The notes beneath the pieces are model-generated. The model was not told the origin of the DNA. It did not search any database and was given only the letters and a program-made list of their open reading frames with translations. From positions 1-64,000 of the forward strand of contig NW_027590137.1 in assembly GCF_964213995.1 (NCBI RefSeq): a stretch of 64,000 nt of DNA. The letters run 5' to 3'. Shown here in pieces: positions 22,483 through 34,374 of this stretch. The translations under genes and the position numbers were made by a program. The number at the start of each line of letters is the position of its first letter. The stretch's first letter is position 1. This stretch comes from Mustelus asterias (taxonomy: Eukaryota).

Positions 22483-22959
22483 GCTCTCAGTGCACAGTAA
22501 TACTCGGCGCTATCTGTCACCTTCAAATCTTCCATGGGCAAGTGAAAAGTGCTTTGTTTCAGGTTGAGATTCCCGCTGCAGTGTAAAAAGCCTGGAGCCG
22601 TTTCGGTACATTAGCGGCTCTGAGCAGTTAACGAGGAGCTCGGTGTGTATACTGGCGATACCAGAACAGGTAATGTTGTACAGTTAAACTCTGTCCCGAG
22701 TAACTGCCGGGTATTGCTCATTCTTCACCCTCTGCTGCTTCAACTCCTTGTTCTGACTGGGACACTGAGTCACCGTTACTCATGTCTGAAAATAGGGAAC
22801 AGACACGCAGTGGGTTAGAAGGAGTAACAACAATGGAATAATCCCCTCGAGATGGAAATGGGGAATGAATCTGGTGACTGGCAGATTTCACGCAGAAGTT
22901 CAAAATGACAGACCTGTAATCAGGACAATAACCAGAGTGAGACAGAGTTTCACCCCCAT
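22483..22959 (-). pseudogene. TCR alpha/delta-type V pseudogene C (leader 22914-22959; V exon 22483-22785)
   Basis: MGVKLCLTLVIVLIT + G|GT; acceptor ttttcAG; DMSNGDSVSQSEQGVEAAEGEE*...YLFWYRQY...STFHLPMEDLKVTDSAEYYCALR; two stops, first Cys replaced by Gly, one frameshift. Confidence 0.92.
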
Positions 22960-23223
22960 GGTTCGAGTTCAGAAACAGAGAGACTGATCACTGTCCGCAT
23001 CAAATCTGCAATTGGAGAAGTTGAAACAGTCAGGGGGATGTTATGAGGTCCAAGGTGACTCCATCTCTCCGCCCATCTTTACACCTTCAAACAGTCGCTT
23101 CCTGCAGAAGGGGATCGTGATCTTTCATAAGTGATCAGAGAGCGCCCTCCCGCGGACAGCACAGCCGGATATTGGAAACAGGTACACACACGGCAACCTG
23201 CAAAGACTGACACATCTGGAGAT

Positions 23224-23445
23224 CATAGAATCATAGAACCCCTACAGTACAGAAGGAGGCCATTCGGCCCAGCGACTCTGTACCGACCACAATTCCACCG
23301 AGGCCCTATTCCCGTAACCGCACACATAATCTCCCTGACACGAGGGTCAATTTATCACGGCCAATCCACCTAATCTGCACATCTTTGGACTGTGGGAGGA
23401 AACCACAGCATCCGAGGAAACCCAGCAGACATGCGGAGAACAGAT
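23224..23445 (-). mobile_element. SINE 3' half
   Basis: catagaatcatagaa tail; tttggactgtgggaggaaacc. Confidence 0.85.
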
Positions 23446-23713
23446 ACACGCACGGCCCCGTGGAAAGACCAACACGAATAAGGATATATAACCATATGGA
23501 TATATGCCCAGAAAGTGACATCAATTCTAACGTCTCTCTTTATAAATCCAGAATTATTCTGCAGATTTCTGACACCTACTAGTTTGCATTGCTAACCATG
23601 ATAATGCATGAATACCTCCACCTCCGTGCTCACTGGAAGCCTCGGATACTGCCCAGAATCAACACAGAGACAAGTAAACTAAGTGATAGATTCCCAAACC
23701 GATCGATTCAAAC

Positions 23714-23920
23714 ATAGATTCATAGAGGTTTACAAATGGAAACAGGCCCTTCGGCCCAAAATGTCCATGCCGCCCTTTTTTATAAACCCCTAAACTAATC
23801 CGAATTGCCCGCATTTGGCCCATATCCCTCTATATCCATCGTACTCATGTAACTGTCAAAATGCTTTTTAAAAGATAAAATTGTACCCGCCTCTACTACT
23901 CTCTCTGGCAGCTTGTTCCA
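23714..23920 (-). mobile_element. CR1 3' end, same subfamily as the 2820 and 11664 copies
   Basis: catagaggtt...aacaggcccttcggccc...tgtccatgcc. Confidence 0.88.
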
Positions 23921-25135
23921 CTAGACACACGGACAATCACTAAGAAAGATAACCAAGCAGATTAGCACAGCCATTGACACACAAAAGAGAAATGGACTCA
24001 TTGGCAACGTAAAAAGTGTGCGAGCTCCAGAGTAAACTTCCTGAACTGGAATTCCCTGGTGTGGTGTAAGTGCGGCAATATCGTGTTAGATATTCATTGC
24101 GATGGAACACGACATTTTAACAGCAGGAGCAGCCAGAAATCTATTTCTCATCAATGCTGATCATTGATTGACAAATCGACGTGGACCCTTTTGCAGACTA
24201 AGCAATAATGGATGCATTTATTTTTAACGCCAAACATATTCTGGATGTGTCCGTGTCCAAAACATATTTACCAGTGTCACAACCAGGCTTACATTAATAC
24301 TGCAATTAATAATTCAACTTAGTGTGAAAATCCTCTCGTCGCCACATTCCGCCGCCTGTTCGTGTACACTAAGGAGGAATTTCAATTGAACCTGGGTCCC
24401 GAGTGTTGTGAAACAGCAGTGCTAACCACCGTGCCACTGTATTGCCCTATGTGAAGTCCGTGTGAATAAGACAGATTCTCCATCGATTCTCGAGGTTCTC
24501 GGATCGGATGTTCAGGACACAGGAGGACAAAACAAGAAGACTACTTCAGGTGTAGGTGATTTATTCTCGTCGGTTATATTCCACACCCTGTGGAAGGCTG
24601 TGGAGTAAATGTAGTTATATTAGATATAATTCAGAAATAATGAGGAGATGCTTCATCAGATTTAAATTCGTTTTCTAAAATCGATATGAAATCAATTGCA
24701 TAAATAAATATATGTTTACATTGAAAACTATATCGGGAAGCTAAATCCAATACTTCCTGCCATTGGGTAAGGGAAAGGTTGTTAAAGCAAATTCTACATG
24801 GATTCCGCAGAAACTCCTTCTTCAAATGGGTTTTTTTCAATGACTTAAAAGGGAGAAACATCAACTTCATGGAATGAGAGGAGGAAATTGAAATTGGAAC
24901 AAAGAACAGTTCAGCACAGGAACAGGCCCATCGACCCACCAATCCCGCAACGACATATTCATTGTTTAGCTCCTCATAAAATAATTCGCAAAGATCTGAT
25001 GGATTGATGAGCCTCTCATCGTTCTGTGACATTGTTAACCATTTTCAATCATTCTTAGATTAATGTGTCTACAGCATTCCCAATGAATGTTGCAACATTT
25101 CAAGACAGTCCCATTGGGCTACGGAGCCGCTAACA

Positions 25136-25208
25136 GTTTCTGTGGTGTAGTGCTAATTGCATTTGCCTCACGCACGCAAGGGCCCACGTTCGAAATCGAG
25201 CAGAAGCA
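25136..25208 (+). pseudogene. tRNA-Val(CAC) pseudogene
   Basis: gtttctgtggtgtagtg...cctcac...gttcgaaa, degenerate. Confidence 0.75.
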
Positions 25209-26727
25209 TTAATGACATTTTTTCATTAAGGTTGAGGGAAGTCTGTATAAATTCAGATTGTAGCTGAACATTATCCAAAACTCGATGTTACAGCCATGTT
25301 ATATTTGCGCTCACCTCTGCCTCAAAAGCTTTCAGCAAAATCAGAAATCTTGTATTTTCATGACGCAATGAGAGGAAATGTTCCTATTTTAGAACCGTGC
25401 ACATATTAGCAATATTTTCAGTCCACGCCAGAATTTAATAGGTTTATAAATGCAGACTAACATAATTCATCACCAACTGAAACATGTCTAATAGTATTGT
25501 GTGCTCAAAAATACAGATACAAGTGATACTGTAACTGAACTAGAGAAAATGGAGCACATTTCCCCGAAGCATCATTTTAAAGTTGTTCTTCATTCTAACG
25601 AAATAGGGAAAACCTCTCAGACAGAAGAGGAAATCGAGAATCAAAGCGCACCGTCTGGATCTCCTATAGATGAACGGGATTTAGGCGCCAGAATGTTTCT
25701 CACACAGAATAAAGAGGGATCAAGTATAACTACCAGATCATTCTTGAATCTCTTCTCTTTAAAGATATTTGATTTGGTTTAAAAGCTGATCATGGTCAAA
25801 CTCAAAAAAGCACCATGGGATGTGTATTACCCGTGACTGGATTTATTTTGTTGGTCAATAATGTTTGCAATTCAATGCTGTATATTTCAGACATATTCAA
25901 TCCGCAATGAAGACATCTGTGTTAAATAAATGGATTGATATTAAATGTTGATTACCGAACAAATACTGGATATAACTGTTTGAAGTTAATCGATCGTATA
26001 TAAGAATGATGCATCAACGATTGAGCGGAAATCATTGCTCCCTTATATATTTGTCCGATGAACGCTTTTAAATTTTGAAATTCGAGACAAGTTGAGACAT
26101 CACGTTGAACGTAACGGTTATCTTCTTGCACTAAGGTACATGGACTCTCAGTACATTCGAATCTGCAGCAATAGAGCGGAGTTGAACAATGCAGTCAGAC
26201 CGATTGTATATTCCAGAGACATTAAATTCAGAATTTGGACATATATATTAAATAACTGTATAGATATTAAAAATTGAATGATGATCCAAGGTGGATTGGG
26301 CATGCTAAATTGCCCCTTGGTTAGATTGAATAGCCATGGGAAAGGAGTAGCGTTGCGGGGGAAACGAGGGAAATGGCCTGGATATGATATTCTGGCGTCG
26401 CTGCTGATTCGTTCGATCGAATACATTTTCTGCACTGATTCTATGATTGTATGAAACAAATAATGAGTATAATTGGTTGAAATTATTCGCAGGAAGAAAA
26501 GAATGAAGCATTGATGATTGAGCACAAATCAGTGCTTTCTTAGATATTTGCCGGACGAACTCTTTTTAATTTTGAAGAACAAGATAAGTTGAGATATCAG
26601 GTTGAAAGTCAGGGATGTGCTGTTGTATTAAGTGACATGGGCCCTCAATCATACCATTCAAACCTGCAGCAACATAGTGGAGTTAAACATTGTAGTCAGG
26701 CCCATTGAGGCTCCAATCCTATCACTT

Positions 26728-26798
26728 GTTTCTGCAGTGGATGGGTTATCCCGTTCGCCTAAACACGAAAAGTCCCCGGTCCGAAACAGAGAAGCAGC
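26728..26798 (+). pseudogene. tRNA-Val pseudogene
   Basis: gtttctgcagtg...ggttatcccgttcgcctaaacacgaaaagtccccggtccgaaac. Confidence 0.78.
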
Positions 26799-27856
26799 AT
26801 TCTTTAAGCTTTCTCATGGAAGATGAGGGAAATCCTGTATGATTTCAGTTCGTTGCTGAACATTATCCGAATCTCGACATTACAACAATATTATCTTTGC
26901 TCTGACCTCAAACTCAAATGGTTTCTGCGAATAAGAAACGCTGATTTTTTTTGACGCACTGACAGGAAAGAAACGTCTCTACTTTGACAACGTGCATATA
27001 GTATCATCTTGTTCAGTGTACAACATAATTTAATGGGTTTTTAGGTGCAAACTAAAATAGCGAATCACCATCTGAAACATGTCTAATAGGAGTGTGTGCT
27101 CAACAAGACAGACACAAGTGATACTCGAAGTGAACTAGAGGAAATGGGACACATTTCCCAGAATAATCTTTTTTAAAAAATCGTGCTTCATAACATGGAA
27201 ATCGGAAAAAACACACAGACAGATGAGGAAATGGAGACTCAGTGCGGATCAACTAGACTTTCCTATAGGTGGCCGGAATTTATGCGCCTGAATGTTTCAC
27301 ATTTATAATCAAAAAGGCTCAAGTATACCTCACCGATAATTCTTCAATCACTTCCATTTAATTATAGTTGACTTTGTTTAAAAGCTGACGATGGCCAATC
27401 TCAAACAAACACCACGGGATCTGTATTACCCGGTGACTCGACTCTTTTCGTTGGCCAGTTATATTTGCAATTCAGTGATATTCAATTTCAGAGATATTCA
27501 ATTCATAATGAAGACATATGTGTTAAACAATGTATTGATATTAAATATTGAAACAAATACTGAGTACAATTGTACAATGAGCTTTGACAAAATGTCATCT
27601 GGATTCGAAACGTCAGCTCTTTTCTCTCCTTACAGATGCTGCCAGACCTTGTGAGATTTTCCAGCATTTTCTCCTTTGGTTTCAGATTCCATCATCTGCA
27701 GTAATTTGCTTTCATTAATGAGCACAATTGGTTGAGATTATTCGAAGGAAGATGAAAATAATGCATGAATGAATGAGTGGAATTCATTTGAAACTGCAGC
27801 AACACAGCGCAGTTGAACATTGCAGAGAGGCGGATTTGCTATCATTGCTGTCACCT

Positions 27857-27929
27857 GTTTCTGTAGTGTAGTGGTTATCACATTCACCTCACACGTGAAA
27901 GGTTCCCAGTTCAAAACCGGACAGAAACG
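27857..27929 (+). pseudogene. tRNA-Val(CAC), best-preserved copy in array B, probably a pseudogene
   Basis: GTTTCTGTAGTGTAGTGGTTATCACATTCACCTCACACGTGAAAGGTTCCCAGTTCAAAACCGGACAGAAACG; CpG decay and T-stem mismatches. Confidence 0.85.
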
Positions 27930-27979
27930 TCCATTAAGCTTTCTAATTTAGGGTGAGGAAATCTGTATGATTTCAGTAT

Positions 27980-28718
27980 AAAGGACAAAGAAAATTACAG
28001 CATACGAACCAGCCCTCCACGCATGCACCGATCATGCTGCCCGACTTAATAAAGCACCCTACCCTGCCGCGGGTCGTATCCCTCTTTTCCCATTCTATTC
28101 ATGTACTTGTCAGGACGCCCCTTAAAAGTCACTCCCGCTTCCACTACCTCTCCAGGCACCCACTACTCTCTACGTAAAAGATCTGCCTCGTACATCTCCT
28201 TCAAACGTTGCCCCACGCACCTTAAACAGATATCCCCGAGTAATTGACTCTTCCGCCCTGGGAAAAAGCTTGTGACTATCCACTCTGTCCATGCCTTTCA
28301 CAATCTTGTCGACTTCGATCAGGTCTCCCCTCAACCTCCGTCGCTCCAGTGAGAACAAACCAAGTTTGTCCAATCTCTCCTCGTAGCAAATACTCTCCAT
28401 ACCAGGCAACATCCTGGTAAATCTTTTCTTTACCCTCTCCAAAGCCTCCACATCCTTCTGGTAGTGTGGCGACCAAATTTAAATATTATATTCCAAGTGC
28501 GGCCTAACTAAGGTTCTATAAAGTTGCAACATGACTTGCCAATTTTTAAACTCAATGCCCCGGCCGATGAAGGCAAGCATGGGTATGCCTTCTTGACTAC
28601 CTTCTCCACCTGCATTGCCACTTTCAGTGACCTGTATACCTGTACACCCAGATCCCTTTGCCTATCAATACTCTTAAGGGTTGTGCCATTTACTGTATAT
28701 TTCCTATCTGTATTAGAT
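27980..28718 (-). mobile_element. CR1 3' fragment inserted in array B
   Basis: ALERVKKRFTRMLPG...LFSLERRRLRGDL. Confidence 0.92.
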
Positions 28719-29624
28719 CTTCGTTGCTGAACATTATGCGAATCTTGATATTGCAGCCATATGATCTTTGCTCTGACCTCGGCCTCAAATGATTTCTGTA
28801 AAATAAGAATGTTGATAGCTTTTTGACGAACTGACAGGAAAGAAACCTTTGGATTTTGACACTGTGCACATATTCGCATCACGTTCAGTCTACAACAGAA
28901 TGTAATGAGTTTATAGGTGCAGATTAACGTAGCTAATCACCATCTGGGACTTTTCGAATCGTAGTATGTGCTCCAGGGGACTAACACAAGTGATACGGTA
29001 AGTGAAGTATAGGAAATGGCACATATTTCCCAGAAGAATCTTTTTTAAAATCGTTCTTCAAAACAAAGAAATAGGAAAAAAAAACACTCAGACAAATGAG
29101 GAAATCGAGACTCAGTGCGGATCTACTGAACTTTCATTTAAGTAGCCGGAATTTATGCGCCTGAATTTTTCACACCCAAAAAAGAAAAGACTCAAGTGTC
29201 AATAACAGATAATTCTTCAATCTCGTCGATTTAAATGTAGTTCACCTTGTTTAAATGTAGTTCGCTATGGTCAATCTCATAATTGTGATCTGTGTTACCC
29301 GGTGACTCGATTCCTGTTGGTCAGTTATATTTACAATTCTATGATATTCAATGTCAGAGATATTCAATTCATAATGAAGTCATATGTGTTAAATAATGCA
29401 TTGAGACTAAATATTGAAACAAATACTGAGTACAATTGTGCAATGAACGTTGTTAAAGTGTCATCTGGACTCGAAACGTCAGCTCCTTTCTCTTCTTACA
29501 GGGGCTGTCAGACGTTGTGAGATTTTCCAGCATTTTTTCGTTTGGTTTCCGATTCCAGTATCCGCAGTAATTTGCTTTTATTGCTGAGTACAATTGGTTG
29601 AGATTATTCGAAAGAAGATGAGAA

Positions 29625-30365
29625 TAAAGAACAAAGAACAAAGAACAATACAGCACAGGAACAGGCTCTTCGGCCCTCCAAGCCCGTGCCGCTCCCTGGT
29701 CCAAACTAGACCATTCTTTTGTATCCTTCCATTCCCACTCTGTTCATGTGGCTATCTAGATAAGTCTTAAACATTCCCAGTGTGTCCACTTCCACCACCT
29801 TGCCTGGCAGCGTATTCCAGGCCCCCACCACCCTCTGTGTAAAATATGTCCTTCTGATATCTTTGTTAAACCTCCCCCCCTTCACTTGAACCCATGACCC
29901 CTCGTGAACGTCACCACCGACCTGGGAAAAAGCTTCCCATCGTTCACCCTATCTATGCCTTTCATAATTTTATCCACCTCTATTAAGTCTCCCCTCATCC
30001 TCCGTCTTTCCAGGGAGAACAACCCCAGTTTACCCAATCTCTCCTCATAACTAAGCCCCTCCATACCAGGCAACATCCTGGTAAACCTCCTCTGCACTCT
30101 CTCCAAAGCCTCCACGTCCTTCTGGGAGTGTGGTGACCAAAACTGGACGCAGTATTCCAAATGCGGCCGAACCAACGTTCTATACATCTGCAATATCAGA
30201 CCCCAACTTTTATACTCTATGCCCCGTCCTATAAAGGCAAGCATGCCATATGCCTTCTTCATACTTTCTCCACCTTGACGTCACCTTCAAGGATCTGTGG
30301 ACTTGCACACCCAGGTCCCTCTGCGTATCTACACCCTTTATGCTTCTGCCATTTATCGTATAGCT
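29625..30365 (-). mobile_element. CR1 3' fragment inserted in array B
   Basis: KKAYGMLAFIGRGIEYKS...RPHLEYCVQFWSP; (aaagaac)n tail. Confidence 0.93.
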
Positions 30366-30651
30366 ATGAATGATTCATTAATGATGCATTAATGAAAGGC
30401 CCTTTATGGTTCTGCCATTTATCGTATAGCAATAGAATGATGCAATAATGAAAGGCTAGAAATCATTGTTCCCTTAGATATTTGCCAGAAGAACGCTTAT
30501 AAATTTTGATGTTCAAGATAAGTTGAGCAATCAGATTGAAAGCAACAGTTATCTTCCTGAATTAAGAAGCATTAGCTCTCAGTCTAACCATTGGAACTTG
30601 CAGCAGTTGAACATTGCGGACAGGCCGATTTGCTGCAGCGTGCGTCCAGCT

Positions 30652-30724
30652 GTTTCTGTAGTGCAGTGGTTATTATGTTCGTCTGACACGCGGAAAGATC
30701 CTGGTTCGAAACGGAACAGCAACA
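30652..30724 (+). pseudogene. tRNA-Val pseudogene (anticodon reads GAC)
   Basis: gtttctgtagtgcagtggttattatgttcgtctgacacgcg...ggttcgaaac. Confidence 0.82.
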
Positions 30725-31898
30725 TTCATTAAGATTTCTCATGTTGGGTGAAGGAAAATTGCATGATTTCAGTTCGTTCCTCAACATTATCTGAACCTCA
30801 ATATTACAGGCATATTATTGTTGCTCTGACATCGGCCTCCAATCTTCTCTGTAAAATAAGAAATGCTGATTTTTTTTTGATGCACTGACAGGAAAGTAAC
30901 GTTTCGATTTTGACACCGAGCACATATTCGCATCTCGTTCAGTCTACAACAGAATTTAATGGGTTTATGGGTGCAGACTAACATGGTTAATCACCGTCTG
31001 AAACATATCTAATAGTAGTGTCTGCTCCAGAAGACTGACACAAGTGATATTGTAAGTGATCTATCGGAAATGGCGCTCATTTCCCAGACGATTCTTTTTT
31101 AAAATCGTTCTTCACAACAAAGAAATATAAAAAAATAACACTCAGACAGATGAAGGAATCGGGACTCAGTGCAGATCTTCTGGACTTTCTTATAAATGGC
31201 CGGAATTTATGCGCCTGAATATTTCACGCTCATAATAAAAACGGCTCAAGTGTCACGAACAGTTAATTTTTGAATCACTTCCATTTAAAACGTAGTTCAC
31301 TTTGTTTAAAAGCTGGTTATGATCAATCTCAAAATTGCGATCTGTATTACCCTGTGATTCGATTCGTTCTGTTGGTCAGTTATGTTTGCAATTCAGTGAT
31401 ATTCAATTTCAGAGATATTCAATTCATAATGAAGACATATGTGTTAAATAATGCATTGATACTAAATATTGAAACAAATACTGAGTACAATTGTACAATG
31501 AGCTTTCACAAAATGTCAGCTGGACCCGAAAGGTCAGCCCTTTTCTCTCCTTACAGGAGCTGTCAGACATTGCGAGATTTTCCAGCATTTTCTCTATTGG
31601 TTTCCGATTCCAGCATCCGCAGTAATTTACTTTTTGATTACAATTTGTTGAGATTATTCGAAGGAAGATGAAAATGATGCATTAATGAATGGGCAGAGAT
31701 CAATGCTCACTTAGATATTTGCCAAACGAAAGCTTTTAAATTTTGATGTTCAAGATAAGTTGAGAAATCAGGTTGAAAATACCGGTTTTCTTCTTGAATT
31801 CAGTGACATGGGCTCTCAGTCTAACCATTGGAATCTGCAGCAGTGCAGCGCAGTTGGACATTGCAGACAGGCCGATTAGCTAAAATATGCTGTCAGCT

Positions 31899-31971
31899 GT
31901 TCATGTAATGTCATGGTTATCACGTTCGCCTCGCACGTGAAAGATTCCCGGATCAAAACCCGGCAGAAGCA
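31899..31971 (+). pseudogene. tRNA-Val pseudogene (anticodon reads CGC)
   Basis: tggttatcacgttcgcctcgcacgtgaaag core at the expected position in the array unit. Confidence 0.8.
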
Positions 31972-32024
31972 CTTTTGGACCATTCTTATTAAGGGAGTGC
32001 GAAGCCTGCATGGTTTAACTTCCT

Positions 32025-32335
32025 AGAATCATGCAGTGAAGAGGGAGGCCATTCGGCCCATCGAGACGGCACCGAACACAATCCCACCCAGGCCCTAACT
32101 CCATGACCCCATGTATTTACCTACCTCGCCCCCCTGGCACTAAGGGGCAATTTAGCATGGTCTATCCACCTCACCTGCACATCTTTGGACTGTGGGAGGA
32201 AACCAGGACCCGGGGAACACGGGGAGAACGTGCAAACTCAACACAGACAGTGACCCAAGCCGTGAATCGAACCCAGGTGTCTGTGAGGCCGCAGTGCTAA
32301 CCAATGTGCCACTGTACCGTCCCACTGTGCCACCA
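32025..32335 (-). mobile_element. HE1/V-SINE-type SINE
   Basis: Reverse complement of SINE head, V-domain and tail. Confidence 0.85.
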
Positions 32336-32629
32336 TCATTGCTCAACATTATGTGAATCTCGATGTTACATCAACTTAAATGCTTTTCGTAAAATCAGAT
32401 CTTACATTAATTTAATTGCCTTTCGGAAAATCAGAAATGCTGTTATTTAGGATGCAATGGCAGGAAATAAATGTTTGTATTGTTTGTACATATATTCTCA
32501 ACTCGTTCAGTCCGCAACAAAATTTAGTGCGTTTACCGGTGCAGACAAACAGATTTAATCACCATCTGAAACATGTCTCCCACTATTATATATATATATT
32601 ATATATATATATATTATATATATATATCT

Positions 32630-33225
32630 CCCATGCTTGCCTTTATAGGACGGGGTATAGAGTATAAAAGCTGGAGTCTGATGATGCAGCTCTATAGAAC
32701 GCTGGTTAGGCCACATTTGGAATACTGCGTCCAGTTCTGGTCGCCGCACTACCAGAAGGACGTGGAGGCGTTAGAGAGAGTGTAGAGAAGGTTTACCAGG
32801 ATGTTGCCTGGTATGGAGGGTCTTAGCTATGAGGAGAGATTGGGTAGACTGGGGTTGTTCTCCCTGGAAAGAAGGAGAATGAGGGGAGATCTAATAGAGG
32901 TGTACAAGATTATGAAGGGGATAGATAGGGTGAACAGTGGGAACCTTTTTCCCAGATCAGAAGTGACGTTCACGAGGGGTCACGGGCTCAAGGTGAGAGG
33001 GGCGAAGTATAACTCAGATATTAGAGGGATGTTTTTTACACAGAGGGTGGTGGAGGCAGGCACGCTGACATCGTTTAAGACTTACCTGGATAGTCACATG
33101 AGCAGCCTGGGAATGGAGGGATACAAACGATTGGTCCAGTTGGACCAAGGAGCGGCACAGGCTTGGAGGGCCGAAGGGCCTGTTTCCTGTGCTGTACTGT
33201 TCTTTGTTTTTTGTTCTTTGTTCTT
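32630..33225 (+). mobile_element. CR1 3' fragment preceded by (TA)n at 32586-32627
   Basis: MLAFIGRGIEYKS...LFSLERRRMRGDL; ttctttg tail. Confidence 0.93.
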
Positions 33226-33827
33226 TGGAAAAGGAAACCTTCCATCCTTCCCCAACTTGGCCTATACGTAACTCCAGGCCTCCAAGTGGTTGGCGCTAAC
33301 TGCCTGCTGTCATGTTTTAGAAAACCAATAAATTCAGAGTATTAGCGATTACCTACAATTGCTGGCCTCTCCAGCTGGGTTTACAGACAATGAAAAAATA
33401 AGAAACAGCAACTAAAATCAGCATTTCACAACATCTGCAATAGCAAAAGTTGTCCAGGAGATGGCAGTGAAACCGTGATTTTCGGCATGACACAAAACTG
33501 AGATTGTCTCAATTATTGCTGCCATGGACTCATGCTTTGGCCATCCTCAACTGGAGCCAGTTTATATGACAAGAAATCCTATTTCTGATAATATGACAAT
33601 AATTCTGAGTTGATTCCGTATCATCAAAATCCCGGTTGTTATTATACTGATCAAAGCCTGAGTTGATATTGCACCGTGCATTCTGGCAGTTACGGCAGCA
33701 CGGAATTGATTATCGGCTAATGTCATGATTCTCCATGTATCTGTTGTTACGTCACTTGACCCTCTGTCTTCTGATACTGCACCAGAACACGTTACTGTTT
33801 TTATTCCACGAGGCTCTGTCTCAGTTG

Positions 33828-34166
33828 TTGCACGGTAGCACAGTGGTTAGCACTGCTGCTTCACAGCTCCAGGGACTTGGGTTCGATTCTCGGCTTGGGT
33901 CACTGTCTGTGTGGAGTTTTCACATTCTCCTCGTGTCTGCGTGGGTTTCCTCCGGGTGCTCCGGTTTCCTCCCACAGTCCAAAGATGTGCGGGTTAGGTT
34001 GATTGGCCATGCTAAACATTGCCCCTTAGTGTCCAGGGATGCGTAGATTAGAGGGATTAGTGGGTAAAATATGTAGGGATATGGGGGTCGGGCCTGGATG
34101 GGATTGTGGTCGGTGCAGACTCGATGGGCCGAAAGGCCTCTTTCTGCACTGTAGGATTTCTATGAT
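33828..34166 (+). mobile_element. HE1/V-SINE-type SINE, near full length
   Basis: Closely matches 19286-19620. Confidence 0.92.
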
Positions 34167-34374
34167 TGCTGGAACCTGCCACGTATATAAAAACATCGAC
34201 AATATCTCAATCACTCCTACACCAGTCTACCTCCATGTTTATAGCGAACAGCATCCTGTCTCTATAATTATTGTTTTATTACACGTTTCATTTATTGATG
34301 CACTTGCCGCGTCAAAGCTTATATCAATCTAAGGCCTTGGTCTAAATTACTGTTTAGTTACTAAATTACTGCTT

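Larger units (their letters stand above)
24960..32590 (+). repeat. Tandem array B of the same tRNA-Val unit, opposite orientation to array A, interrupted by CR1 and SINE insertions
   Basis: Val-like sequences at 25136, 26728, 27857, 30652 and 31899; spacer equals the reverse complement of the array A spacer. Confidence 0.92.

Noticed and set aside
27857-27929. Apparent compensatory U-A pair in the acceptor stem (GTTTCTG/CAGAAAC) as evidence of selection
   Set aside because: Both changes are expected CpG deaminations, and the T-arm is damaged.
6960-31671. Recurrent ORFs containing IQFIMKTYVLNNALILNIETNTEYNCTMS (6960, 8178, 27391, 29302, 31270) as a protein family
   Set aside because: They are translations of the tandem-array spacer and run across the TE insertion junction; starts and stops vary and no domain is recognisable.
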